NCBI GenBank assembly: GCA_028023455.1
Contig: JAQFVV010000010.1
Span: 1,364,001-1,428,000 of the forward strand
From: Epiperipatus broadwayi
Lineage: Eukaryota; Animalia; Onychophora
DNA: 64,000 nt
Direction: 5' to 3'
In this document: positions 25,661 to 38,061 of the stretch, piece by piece
Layout: each line of letters starts with the position of its first letter
How positions within the stretch are numbered: the first letter of the stretch is position 1
The notes under the pieces: generated by a model
What the model was told of the DNA's origin: nothing
Database searches by the model: none
Seen by the model: only the letters and a program-made list of their open reading frames with translations
Program-made: the position numbers and the translations under genes

Positions 25661-25899
25661 TATTTTATACTGCTTTACAGTAATAAATAATAAATTTATA
25701 ATTACTGCTTTACAGTATATATATATATTGTCTAACTTACACTACTCTATTAAGATTTTTTTTTAATTAAAAAAAATTGTATTTAGAAGAGTTAAAGTCA
25801 TATTTTAAAGATCTTTGCAAGAAATATCCAATTGGGCCCCACAGTAACTGGATTCAGCTCTCTTTGAGACTTCCGCTAGTGAATTGCACTGGGATACAT

Positions 25900-26200
25900 A
25901 GTTCACTTCTGACAATTTTTGGTTCTTCCTTGGTTCTTCAATATTCATTCTTGTTGCTTCAGTGATTGACATTACAGGTAGGCTCTCTTTAGTAGGCTGT
26001 CTTGAATATTTTTTATAGTGTCTGTCACAAGTCACTAATTACAATTTTAATTAGTGTTGTACTTCTTAATTAATAAATTCCATGGTCTCTGACATTAATA
26101 ATTAATACTGTAATTAGGAAAGCCAAATTTAAATATTAGTTTTTTCTTTTAGAAAATTGTTTGCTTAATACTTATACAAATAAGTTAATTATATATAAGT
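25900..26200 (-). repeat. LTR fragment related to the 7181-7810 LTR
   Basis: Shares TTAATTAATAAAT.CCATGGTC, CTGTAATTAGGA and TTAATACTTATACAAATAAGTTAATTAT with 7560-7810. Confidence 0.5.
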
Positions 26201-27159
26201 ACACATCAGATTTTAATAACATTGTTTTTATCAGTGTTTTAATTTTTTAATTATTATTTTTTCAACAGTATTTTTTAGCTTGAAATAGAAGTTTATTAAA
26301 TGATAAGTTAAAATAATATGAGATTATATATTAAACAAACAGTTCTTTTTTGCAAAAAGATATATTACTAATATTTTTCCTATTGATTAATTAATTAGAT
26401 TGTTAATTAAATGCTTTTATTGAAGTTGGAAAATCAGTTTGTTTGTTTGTTAGTTTATTTAAGTTTTGATCTTTTTCAAGTTAGAATAAAATTTTAAAAT
26501 TGAAGTTTCCTATATTTAAATTTAATAGAATGATTTAAAATCTGGTATATAAATAATTAATACAAGCCTAATCCATATAAGACACTAATCTTTTTAATAG
26601 ATGATCTAGTTTCTTAGATATGAGAGAGGGAGTAAAATATTAAAAATATTCAATAATTTCACATATTGCAGTTAACAATTATTTTTAGAACTTTAATTTC
26701 TTTTAAATATTACTCCTAAGAGGGCAGTAAAGATTTTTCTTTCAATTTAATAACATTTTAATTTAGTTAAGTTAATTACTGTCAGAAATAAAGAGCAGTT
26801 TTATGCAATATGCATACAAGGAATAGGTAATATTTCAATACAAGTATAATGTTCATACTAAACTTTAGATGTAATTGGAGATTTGATCAAGACTTTCAAG
26901 TTCTCTTCAGCTATCCACTCCATCTTATATAATCAACACAGATGAATAAATTCTGCCCATCCCTTTTTTGTGTATTTAAATGAACATATTAAGATTCTAT
27001 ATATGAGGGATCAAAGCAACTTGAGATCAACAAGGGCTTTGAGAATTCCATCATCAGATTCTCAATAATATGGATAGCTAAAGAGTTAGAGGGTGGAGAA
27101 GATTGAAGTCTGTTCATTAAAGCTTAAAGATTTGCTGTCTTAATATGAAGTGAGCACTG

Positions 27160-27161
<2 letters not shown>

Positions 27162-27212
<51 letters not shown>
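27162..27212. repeat. (TA)25 microsatellite
   Basis: Direct reading. Confidence 0.97.
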
Positions 27213-27215
<3 letters not shown>

Positions 27216-27384
27216 GGAAATGATGATCTGTATCAACTGATAACTGCTGGTTCAGTGCAAATCAAGTATATTGGAGGTCATTTATCTCTTTCACATAAAT
27301 GTGGTTATGTGTTTCAGTCATATAAGATGGAGTAGATAGCTAGATCTGTGTTAAAATGCCCTCAACAAATAAGGAATTTATGCA

Positions 27385-27712
27385 TTGCATTTTGTACTTT
27401 GTTTCAATTTAATGATTTGATTAAAACTAGAATTAAATTTTAAAATGAACATTTATTATATTTAATAAAAATATAATTTACAAACACAGTGGGCAAATGA
27501 AATTTCAAAATTATCTATTATATTCTTAATGTTTTAAACAATACACGTACAAGGAATATATATATTTTGTTTCATAGTTGGATTCAAATTAACAATTTAA
27601 TTAAAACTAGAATTAAACTTTAAAATAATTATTTATTATATTTAATAAAAATATAATTTACAAGCACAATGGATGGATGAAATTTCAAAACTATCTATTA
27701 TATTCTTAACAT
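27385..27712. repeat. ~180-bp tandem duplication
   Basis: TTAAAACTAGAATTAAA..TTTATTATATTTAATAAAAATATAATTTACAA..GAAATTTCAAAA.TATCTATTATATTCTTAA occurs twice. Confidence 0.8.
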
Positions 27713-27719
27713 CTAATTT

Positions 27720-29200
27720 TTCACCATATATCACTTTCAATAAAGAATAAAGCTAAACTGTCGAGCTTAGTTTATGATATAGTATTCTTAATTACATTTT
27801 AATTAAGTTTTGAAAACAAATGCTCACCACTTGTTACACTTACTGACATGGTTAATAAAATTCTCAGGACTATTGCAAAATTTGGCAAATATAAATTATT
27901 TGACATTATAAATTTAAGAATATCTAAAGTTTTCAATTTTTGATTTACCTATTTGAAAAATGTCTTTTTACATTAATATCTCATCAAAAAAATTCTACGG
28001 TATTTATGTCTTTACTGTTGACATCTGTCAAAATAATTTGTAAGTTATTGCAATGTTTTTGCAAATCTTCATTACCAATTTCAAATATCCTGTATAAAAA
28101 ACTAATATAATCAATGTGTGTTTGGAACTGTTCAAAATGTCCTTTAATGAATTCCATGCAGTATCTAAAAGAGTGTAAACTATATTGACTTTAAATTTAT
28201 CTTCTGGAATTTGCAGTTTTTCATCTGAATGTTCATACTGAAACTGATGTTTTTTTTTCATTGTTGAACTTCTAATATAGATTTAAACTATACTTCTTTA
28301 TTCACATATACTCTTAATAGTTTTGCAGTTTCAAGAACTTTTTTATAATTCACATCTGATCTGCATTCAGTAATGTATATTTTTAAGTTTCCAATAGATT
28401 CTACAACTAGTGACATAATCATATTTTTATCTGGAAGAACTTTAATAAGTGGATTCATTCTACTAAGTAACTTATACCAAATTATTAAACAGTAGATAAA
28501 TATATATATACTTTGATTTTAAGATATAAAACTCGTGCTTCAGTTTTAATTTCATTGTTGAAGCTATCAATATTTAAAATTCCAAAAAGGGCATCATAAA
28601 TCTCTCCTAATTCATAATGTAAAGGGTGAATAGCTTTAATTTATATTTATTCCTTAGAAATCTTATAGCCTCTTTTATATTTTAATTATGGATAATAATA
28701 TTAATTAACAATCTCTCATCAAAACAAATTACACACATACTAAATCATCAATATTGAAAATAAAATAATAAATATATTAACTGAAGAATACCTCTTTTTT
28801 TACTTGAGCAAAATGATTAAAAACCTTTACAGCTTTAATTGTAAAATTGCAGAGGTTGGATAACAATAAATGATGATGAAAATTTTATCTTTTGAATCAA
28901 TTCATTCATATAGTAAATTTTAAGAAAGTCACAATAAGTTGTATTTTTTTTTTTTCATTTCTATAAGTATGGAGTAGATTAGTAATTTTCTGAAAAGTGA
29001 AATTCACTAATTTTAGTATTTCTAAAAAAATATTTACAAAGAGAAACAAATATTCAATATGTTATTGAAATGGCAAATTTTAATCTATATTTCCCATTTA
29101 TATGATAAAGATTTTTCAGATGTTTTGCTTATTCATTAAGACAGTTGAAAGCCATGCACATAACATTTTGAAACATATTTTAATAAAATTAAATATTTGA
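27720..29200 (-). pseudogene. Second hAT transposase remnant
   Basis: KKKHQFQYEHSDEKLQIPEDKFKVNIVYTLLD (28028-28261) and PNFAIVLRILLTMSVSVTSGEHLFSKL (hATC, about 27790-27890). Left boundary follows hATC; right boundary approximate. Confidence 0.7.
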
Positions 29201-29260
29201 ATACAAGTATTCAAACTTTAGATATAATTAGAGGAAATTTGAAGACATTCAAGCATGATC

Positions 29261-29304
29261 TCAAATATGTATATTTTGAGCTAAACCAGCACTCATCAGT
29301 TGGT
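29261..29304 (-). ncRNA. Decayed minimal hammerhead ribozyme motif, family B
   Basis: Minus strand ACCAA CTGATGA GTGCT GGTTT AGCTC AAAA TATACAT A TTTGA, homologous to 55708-55751. G12 is lost, consistent with CG>CA. Confidence 0.6.
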
Positions 29305-30059
29305 CCAAATCATTATCTCCCACACTTATATATATATTAAGATAAAAAACCTTCAAATTTTAATGGGTAGGCTTCAATCTTTTGCATTCTCAAACTCTTT
29401 AGCCATCTGTATTATAGAAAATCTGGTGGAATGCTCAAAATTCTGTTAATGCCAATATTGTTGTCATACCCATGTTGACTTTGTCACTTTAACTCCTCAT
29501 AAGTAAAAACTTAATATGTTCATTTAAATATACAGAAGAGGAATAGGCAGAATTTGTAATACTTGAATGTAAATATAATGTATATACTAAATATTGAACC
29601 CTCCCTTCAGCTATCCATCCCATCCCACATTTCATGCACATCTTTGATAAGTCTTTATAAATTCAGTCTTTATTTTAATTAACTTCCTTGGGCAATCAAA
29701 AAATGTAGATAAAGAAAATGGGTCTTATGAAAATGGTAGGTCTTATGAAAGTGTCCACTTTTTTTCTTATGGCATGGTTAATGTTCGTATCTAAATAAAA
29801 CTACATAATTCCAGGTTTTGACTGATATACTTTGGTTTGTTTAGCCACACATGGTATCTTCTGGTAGCAAATTTCGTCATAATTGTTGAATTAGATGTAT
29901 TATTAAAAACTACTTTTTTTAAATTATCAGGCAAACAACAATTTGAAACTATTCTATAACACTAAATTGTAAGAAAGTATTTTAACTAGTAGTTTTCTTT
30001 TTCTATTAGAGATGAAGTTACAGTAGATAATGCATCAAACTTATTCTTTGAATGATTAT

Positions 30060-32888
30060 ATTCCCTTTTCAGTTTTTTTGCTAGTAACAAAACAGAAGAA
30101 GCTGCAGGACAGAATTCGAACAGAATTTCAGGAGGCTCATGCTAGGATGGATTAACTCTCCACAACCCAGAGCCTTGAGGTATTCACATAATGAAGCCTT
30201 GGTATCCTTAGATCACCAATTGTAGAGACAGAAAGTCATAGGCAAAGCTACTATGGGAAAGCTGATGGAAAGTGCCACTGAAATGCAAGATAGGGTGGAC
30301 AGAATAGACAAGACACTAAGCCAAAGGTTGGTAGTGATAGAGTCTCAGTTGTGTCAGGGGGACTGACCATGACTCGAGGACCCAAAATGATAGAAAAAAA
30401 AACTGAATGACTTGGAGAGCAACATTAAGTGCACTGAAGTGCACCCAACTATCATCACAGCAGGGTGATATCATAGAGAATCATCACACCATTGTTGAAG
30501 TACTTGAACTCAACCTAGAAAAAACAGGAAAAGGGATAGAAATGGATGAAGCAGAAAGTCTTCAACACACAAATGCTAGTGATATTGGCAGAGAACCAAT
30601 GTAGTCCACAAAATCAGATAGGGAGCTCAGACCACTCAATGAATCTACATATGGATAATATGGAATTCAAATTAGATTGTGAATTGCAGAAGTTGAGAGT
30701 AGCATATTCAAACAATACTCCTGAATGTCCAGTGAAACTTAGCTCTCAGGATATTCAGCTTAACCATGAGTCAAATAATGAATCCGTGAGAGTTGAGATG
30801 ACCCCATATTGTCAAGGCATCATGGAAGAAATACATGGAAGAGAGTGTGATAGTAAATGAATGGGATGTAGATTTGAAATCATTTCTGGCACATTCATAT
30901 TTACTATCAAAGCAGAATGAAAATGTTCTCTAGACATGATGCCGATGAACTATGTGACAGCCATCAAAGTGGAGCACTACTAACTCAGACAACTGCCACA
31001 AGAGAATTGTCAATACAGAAAGACCAATTTTGAAGGCATGGATAAAGTCAATGGACTTCATCCTCTTAAAAATATATTAGCGCATTTGAAATTTTTCCAT
31101 AACCAAGAAGATAATCAGGATATAGAAAGTCATTGAGGAGTTAATCCAAATGAAAGTAGTTATTGGATCATGGTAGTGGACAATACAATACCAACCAGGA
31201 AACAAAAAGATCCTAAATTCATAAGTTGTGCAACACTTATGAAAGTCCTTTCACCTTCATTAGGTGTAGACATGCTAGCACTTAAGAAGCCAATGTAGGA
31301 ATAGACCTCCACAATGTTGACCTGGGACATGAAAACTATATCAAACCCAAAGGAACAAAAAGGATAGGTATAGATGTTTTATAAAAAAATATGTATATAC
31401 ATGTAAAATCAAAGATGCTATAGACACATGCAACAGACATTTGAAAGCAAGTATGGCACAGATAGATGTACCTACATATTGTAATGTGACCATAACCAGT
31501 AGTCACTCATCTGAGTATAGGGTATATTATTAATAAATGCAGAGCTATAGAAAGCCAGCAGTCTGAAAATGAATACTAGACTAATGCATTTACCTTCTCC
31601 ATTAGAGTATATCATATGAGCAACTGACCAACAAAGTAGAAAAGAGGAACAAAAACAAGAAAATGCTCACAACTTCAAGATAGAGGACAAAGTATTCCTC
31701 AAGACACCCCATATAAGCAAACTACTAGAGAATAAATATCAAAAGTTTTATCAACATTATGAGGAACCATTTACTATTGTAATACAGTCAGGCCCAAATG
31801 CATTTTGGATAGAGATAGGAGGGGAAATTAAAGGGACATATAACACCCATATTCTAAAACCATATATTGTTCAATCAGTGACCACAGAGATATGCTGAAT
31901 TGATGAGTAAATTAAATGATAAGTGTGATTTTCGGTTAATGTTAGCAAAAAGAAAGAAGGGTGAGATAACATCAAAAAATAGATGTGTTCATTAATGTAC
32001 GATGAGAGTATGCCCAGGAGATAGCAAAAGCAATTACTGGGATACTTTAGAGTCAACTGAGCCTTAGCTGATCCATACAGAATGAGACACTCCAATATTT
32101 ACTTAGTCCTTAAAAAAAATCCAGTAAGCCTCAAAAGGAGCAGGATTAAGGCTGATGAGTTGACTATGTACCTTCTGTAATATAGACACATCACCGGTTG
32201 ATCTCATGCCATGCAACCATTATAATAGTAAAAAAAACAGACCCCTATATAAATCTCACTTTACCATGAGGCAAGAGATACAGCAAGAGAGTGTATGGAA
32301 TTAGAAATATAATTGAGAAAATAGCAGAAGCTAAAATAAAGACTTTGTCTCTTTTAGTTTCTTAACTAACTTCTTGTATTCTATACTATCGGTGGTAGAG
32401 GAGTCATAAAACTTAAAAATTTCTATAACTTTTCCCCCAAGAAATACAAAAGTGCTGCCACATTTCTTTTATTTTTTTGTATATCATTCAAAGTGAAAAC
32501 GTTTTCTATTTGTGTCATATATAGTGGCCATTTAGTAGCACTCTCCACATCAAATTTGCTTATGGCTAGTTGTCCAAATAATGACATTTAAACTGTTTTA
32601 TTACTATCCTTCCCTAAGCTAATTATTCCTCTAGTTATGTTCAAAATAATCTATGCCAGGCTTTTACTAACCAGACAGAGTAATGGTGTTTGAATCAAAC
32701 TGTGCGACTGCACCAGGTTTCGCTATGACTTGATCTTAACTTTATCTCTATTAAGACTGGCGATTTCTAAAATTATTCTATTTCTCAAATAACTCCATTG
32801 TAGATCAATTTTATAACTAATTTTAATATAAGAAAATAATATATACATATATAGTTGCTATACACAGGTTATAATAATAAATCAATAT
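30060..32888 (+). mobile_element. Degenerate Gypsy-type remnant with integrase C-terminus and possible 3' LTR
   Basis: KFYQHYEEPFTI..GPNAFWI..GTYNTHILKPY (GPY/F-like) at about 31690-31870. Purine tract AAAAAGAAAGAAGGG then TG at 31962, with TATATAAAT and AATAAA downstream. Both boundaries uncertain. Confidence 0.45.
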
Positions 32889-33972
32889 GTATAAAGTCAA
32901 TATCTTCATGATTAAAGTCCCCTGCTGCTTCACATATATGCGCAACCTAGTTGCACGAGTACACAAGGAATGGAGAAAAAGATATTTTCTTTTTTTCCGT
33001 CTGCTTAAATAATTTTTTGTCTTTTGGAGTAATCTGACTGATCATCTGTATCCGGGTGGAAGGTTCTTTATATTATCTACTAGGTTTTATTAACAGTAGT
33101 TCTTTCTAGAATCAATTGTTAATCTGTTATTGATAATCGAATTCCTATGAAATCAGATTTTTCTCATTGTTCAATTGTTTTAATTTATCCGTTTTATTAA
33201 CTAACTATTTTTAGACAGTAGTTTTAGTAACGTAGATTTAAACGCACATTTTACTAGTAATTAATAGATATTCTAATAATTGAAGTTTTACTTTGTGTAA
33301 ATAAATCCAAAATATAAATAAATCTTTTAAAATTAGTTTTATTTTTACTTAAAATAAATCTTTATAACTTTTTTACTTACTTTTTTATGGTATAGCATAT
33401 AAATAGCAGTAATTTAGCATAAGAAAAGATGATCATATGGTATTTAGTATATCTTTTTTTTATTTGCCTTTGAGATTTTTCATAACATTTATGAAAACAA
33501 TACAATAAAATAAAAAATTTACCCTCACAAAAACTGAAATTGCTTCCCTTTTGTCTTCATATTTTACTCTGCACAGAAAAATAAAAATGTCTATTAAAAA
33601 ACAATTTATAGTAATTGTGTTTATTTTATTAATTTCATTTTCAAATTTTTCATCTAACAATTGAAATATATTATCATAATGATTCCATATTAATTTAGAA
33701 TTTTTAATTGGTCTGGAACGTATATTCCACACAATATAATAGTTCAATGAAAAAAATGCTGTTTTGATATAAGCCATTGTTTTAAAATTGGGGATTTTCA
33801 AAGAAAAACTTCTAAAATAAGCAGTTTTTTTAAGAACCAGAACATATAAAAGATAAATATGTTGCAAGGAAATCAAGTCATATATCATATGACTTAATTT
33901 AAACTTGTATTACAAATGTTATATAATGAGTGTGCCAAATAGATCTTAACAAGCTTTTCAGAAGACCCATAT

Positions 33973-34010
33973 CCTCGGACCGGTTTATAGCTCTGGCTTT
34001 CATCAGTAAA
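33973..34010 (-). ncRNA. Minimal hammerhead motif, family A, decayed (G12>T, stem I eroded)
   Basis: TTTA CTGATGA A AGC CAGA GCT A TAAA CCGG TC CGAGG; palindromic ACCGGT in helix III. Confidence 0.7.
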
Positions 34011-34296
34011 GTGCTAGGATATTCAAGCATTAGATTTAAAATACCAGGTCAAGCCCAGCACTTTATCCAATGTTTAACTAATAAGTAGAAAATCTGGAAA
34101 TTTCAGACATCCGTATGTCTTCAAATCCAGCTATCTTATTTAAATAGCCATATGGGCTTAAGTCTTAAGAGCAATAACAATAATTGCAAGGAAATCAAGT
34201 CATATATCATGTGACTTAAGTTAATAAGCTTGTATTACAAATGTTACATGATGAGCATGCCAATAGCTCTTAGCAAGCTTTTCAAAATACCCATAT

Positions 34297-34338
34297 CCTT
34301 AGAAGACTGGTTTCTAGCTCTGGCATTCATCAGTGAGG
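34297..34338 (-). ncRNA. Minimal hammerhead motif, family A, core intact, helices eroded
   Basis: CCTCA CTGATGA ATGC CAGA GCTA GAAA CCAG TC TTCTAAGG. Confidence 0.7.
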
Positions 34339-34835
34339 CACTGTATATTCAAGCATTAAATTTAAAATATCAGGTTAAGCCAAGCACTTTATCCAATGTT
34401 TAACTATCAAGTAGAAAAATCTGAAATTTTCCGACAACCATATGTCCTCAAATCCAGTTATCTAACTTAAATAGCAATATGGGACTGAACTAAGTTCAGA
34501 TGCACTATATATTAAAAGCTTCAGCTGTATAAAATTGTCAAAGGCTTAAGAGCATTATATAACATTTGTAATACAAGCTTATTAAATTAAATCACGATAT
34601 ATGATTTTCTTGCAATTATTGTTATCAAGGCTTTGGCAATTTTATATTGCTAAAGCTATTAATATATGGAGTATCTGAACTTAGTTCAGTCCCATATGTC
34701 TATTTAAATTAGATAACTAAATTTGAAGACATATGGATGTCTGAAAATTTTAGATTTTCTACTTAATAGTTAAATATTGGATAAAATGCTTGGCTTGACC
34801 TGGTATTTTAAATCTAATGCTTGAATATCCTAGCA

Positions 34836-34876
34836 CCTCACTGACAAAAGCCAGAGCTAGAAACCAGTCCAATAGG
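34836..34876 (+). ncRNA. Minimal hammerhead motif, family A, decayed (G8>A)
   Basis: CCTCA CTGACAA A AGC CAGA GCT A GAAA CCAG TC CAATAGG. Confidence 0.65.
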
Positions 34877-35699
34877 GGTATTCTGAAAAGCTTGTTAAGA
34901 ACTATTGGCATGCTCATTATATAAATATGTAAAAATAATAAAGTGCAAGTTTATTAAAAATTATAGATAACAAAAGATTTAGTAGTTGTTCACTGAAATA
35001 CAGTTCTAATAAAATTTAAGTTAACCATTAGTTTTAAGTACAATTTAGATATAAAGATTCAAAACTTTCTAGATGTACATAAAGTAAATATATATGAAAA
35101 ATTTGACACGTTAATCAATATTGTATGCAAATCAAGCTAAAATTTGAATTCAAATTGTATCTTTGGAATTACAATTTCCAAAAGTAAATCAAGCAACAAT
35201 TTAGAGCTTGTTTGATCGATATTTTCTCAAAAATTTGATTATTAACTTTTGAAACAAAATCTTTAAATATTTTCTCTATTCCGCAAATCAAGATGATTGC
35301 CATCGCAGAGATCATAGGTATAAGGCTCATATGCAGAAGTAACTAGCAAGTTAGATATCAAAAGATATAATAACAATATAATTTTAGCAAAAAAGGCAAA
35401 CAGAATCCATATCAAGATTATCAATGTACCACTGATGAATTAATACAACTGGATCTTTTCCCATCCATATGGAAAATTCCAATACTTCAAACTCATGAAA
35501 CTTGGACAGAAAGGCTTTCAAAGATCACAGAATTATTCAGTGAAACAATACCAAGGAATTTATATAGTTTGTTCAAATGTTTTTCCCCCATCCGATCATT
35601 CATGTTTGCAATAACAGATAAATATTGCTTTTTATAAAAATTTCCAAGATTTATTTAAAAAAATAAGCTCCAAAAAGGAATTTATCTCACATATAACAG

Positions 35700-36120
35700 A
35701 TCACCCAAACTCTCAATATACCATAATCAAGTTTAAAAATGAGGAGCAATGTAACACATTCAGAGAATCAATTAAAACATTGAATAAATATGCCTTAGTT
35801 ACAATAAATCCATTAGGAGACAACATTACAATTGAACTAGTAAAAACCATTTATCTAAGCTAATGAGTTTATCAAATTAATGAAGCTGTTTGGAGAAGTC
35901 ATTGATTTCCAAGTGACATTGCTTAAGATTAAACCAATACATGCAAATGAAATCCCATCACAGATTACCAATCAAGAGGCCACATTGTTTATAGTGATAT
36001 ATGGATTAAACTTCAATGCTTTCACTGTATGGAATTTGGACATCTTATTAAACTAAACTGTGCACACTGCAATATGAGAACCATTCTCATGCATAAGTGC
36101 CCAAATCAAAAGAAACTCAA
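35700..36120 (+). pseudogene. LINE ORF1-like remnant (L1/Tx1-type zinc knuckles)
   Basis: IPSQITNQEATLFIVIYG followed, after a frameshift, by QCFHCMEFGHLIKLNCAHC..HKCPN. Heavily decayed. Confidence 0.4.
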
Positions 36121-37962
36121 CAACAAATGGAACAGGTAATATGGATCTAATAGTAAATACTCAGAAAACAACAATAGTATCAAAAATAAAACATCATTAT
36201 TAATCATGGACTTCATTTCCAATGACATACTCTTAAAGGAAACTACTAATACACTGATCAAATGCAAACCAGATCATACCCCCCCCCCTTACTTCACCCT
36301 TGTTTTAGAGAATCAAAAAGCATTAGATGTAATTTTTGTTGCTAGAAAAATACAAGTTATGTTGCAAATTAAAAGAATGACATATATTGCTTTTTGATCT
36401 GGTCAAAACATTTAAGATAAGTAATCAAATAAGTTTATGGCAATTTATGAAAATACTTTATGCATTAAAGTTTATTCATATTATATAACTACTTTTTGGT
36501 AGTACGAGTTGAAACAAATAGAGAATAATAACTTCAACATTATTTTTCAGTTTTATGTTAGTGATCTTGAAACTATTACAAGTAATTTCATAAAGCAAAC
36601 ATGAATATATAAAAGGGTTGTGGTAATGGGTTTTAAATTTCAATCAATTAAAAAGCAAAAATAAGACCATCTTTTTAGTTCCTAGATTTATACAATGTTG
36701 ATTGTTGAATTATTCTTGCCAATTCAAAATATCTATAGAATATCCTTGTTTTGAATGTAATATCTAAAGAATTTGATTAATAAATTTAGTGTTTATAAAC
36801 AATGCCAAGTGCTTATTATTAATCAGTGACGGAAGAACTTCAGGTACCTTTTGCTTAACTTTCTAGATTAAAAGATTATCTCCTATATGAAGATCAGTAT
36901 GAACTTCAATGTACTGATGTTGCATTCAACAGATTAAATGATAGGTTATTTTATTGTAATAATTTCAGCTACATTAATTGTTCATAAAGTTGTTCTATCA
37001 AATTTATTATATGAAAATACATACATGGAATCTATTGCTATGAAATCAGCACATTAAAAATTTTACTCTTATTCAAAAATGCTCAGTAATATTCTGGAAA
37101 GGTCAAACCACTGGGCTATTAATTGATAGGACAATAAACATATTTATCAGTGTGCTGTTTGTGATATTGCACCCATTTTTGTAATAATTTATGGGGAAGT
37201 TTATGCATAATGTGAATTAATTTGCATTATAAAGATTATCTCACTTTCTAAAGAGATGCCTTTATTATGAAAATGTGATTGAAAATAGAATATAGCAGAG
37301 AACCTAACTAAGAAAACCACAACATTCAACTCTTTCAAGATTTGCTGCAGAAAAGTAAAAGACTATATTTAAATGTCATTTTATGTGAATGTATTTATAG
37401 TTCATGGATTATCCTTTATAGACACTTTGTTTTATTTTTTTGTCATCTCATGGAATTAAAATTCATTATTCTTAAAGTGAAAGGATTGTCTTGGTAAGAC
37501 AAAAATTATGGCGAATAATTCTCAAGAACTATAAATCAAACTATAAATACTCATAACAATTTACAATCTAGAACCAAGAGGTTAAATTGAAAAACTATTG
37601 CAGTGTTTACGAAGTCTAGAAAATTATATAAAAGAAAATTTTCCAGGGTGCTACAAAAAAGAAAGAGAATAAACATTTCAAAGTATATACAAGTCTTATA
37701 TTAAGTTGCTGAATCTGGACCACACAAAAGCAAGAACAAAAAATAATGGATAGGAATAATGAAAAGAAACAGTGATTGTTTGAAAAGACTGCTATAGCAG
37801 TTTCCAGAAAGCAAGTGAAAAACATTTTGGATCTAACAACTAAATGAAAATTATTGGATGGACAGGAAAAAAAATCACGCAAGACATACAAAACAGAGAT
37901 CAGTGGAAGTTTTTAGACAACGCTTTCCTCAGCAATGGAGATTTTTTTATCTTTAATAATGG

Positions 37963-38061
37963 TTTTTTTTCCCCATATGTCATAGCATCGGCCGGGACGC
38001 GAACCCACACCCGTCTGCAACCAACTACTTGCTTGCAAGGCAGGTGCGATGACCTCTCGGC
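37963..38061 (-). mobile_element. tRNA-derived SINE, 5'-truncated copy
   Basis: Reverse complement of 60701-60802 with two core differences; A-tail; TAATAATG on both flanks (37954-37961, 38062-38069). Confidence 0.82.

Larger units (their letters stand above)
33863..34920. mobile_element. Hammerhead-bearing non-autonomous element (retrozyme/pLTR-like): two tandem monomers plus one inverted monomer
   Basis: Units 33863-34184 and 34185-34554 (ribozyme on minus) and 34555-34920 (plus), each with a hammerhead motif. 10-bp TSD ATAAATATGT at 33853-33862 and 34921-34930. Confidence 0.85.

Noticed and set aside
27020-27062. Hammerhead-like motif on the minus strand (TTGAGAAT CTGATGA TGGAATTCT CAAA GCCCTT GTT GATCTCAA)
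   Set aside because: Helix I is plausible, but G12 is missing and helix III cannot form; not supported without a consensus.
27326-29624. Defined TIR pair for the second hAT
   Set aside because: The 16-bp inverted match is imperfect and no 8-bp TSD flanks it.
32930-33300. CpG-richer patch as a host promoter
   Set aside because: Adjacent to a probable LTR end, with no linked exon or donor identified; cannot be separated from TE sequence.
33460-33888. 142-aa minus-strand ORF as a host gene
   Set aside because: Low-complexity I/F/K/N composition expected from AT-rich DNA, it starts inside the hammerhead insertion, and there is no recognisable motif.
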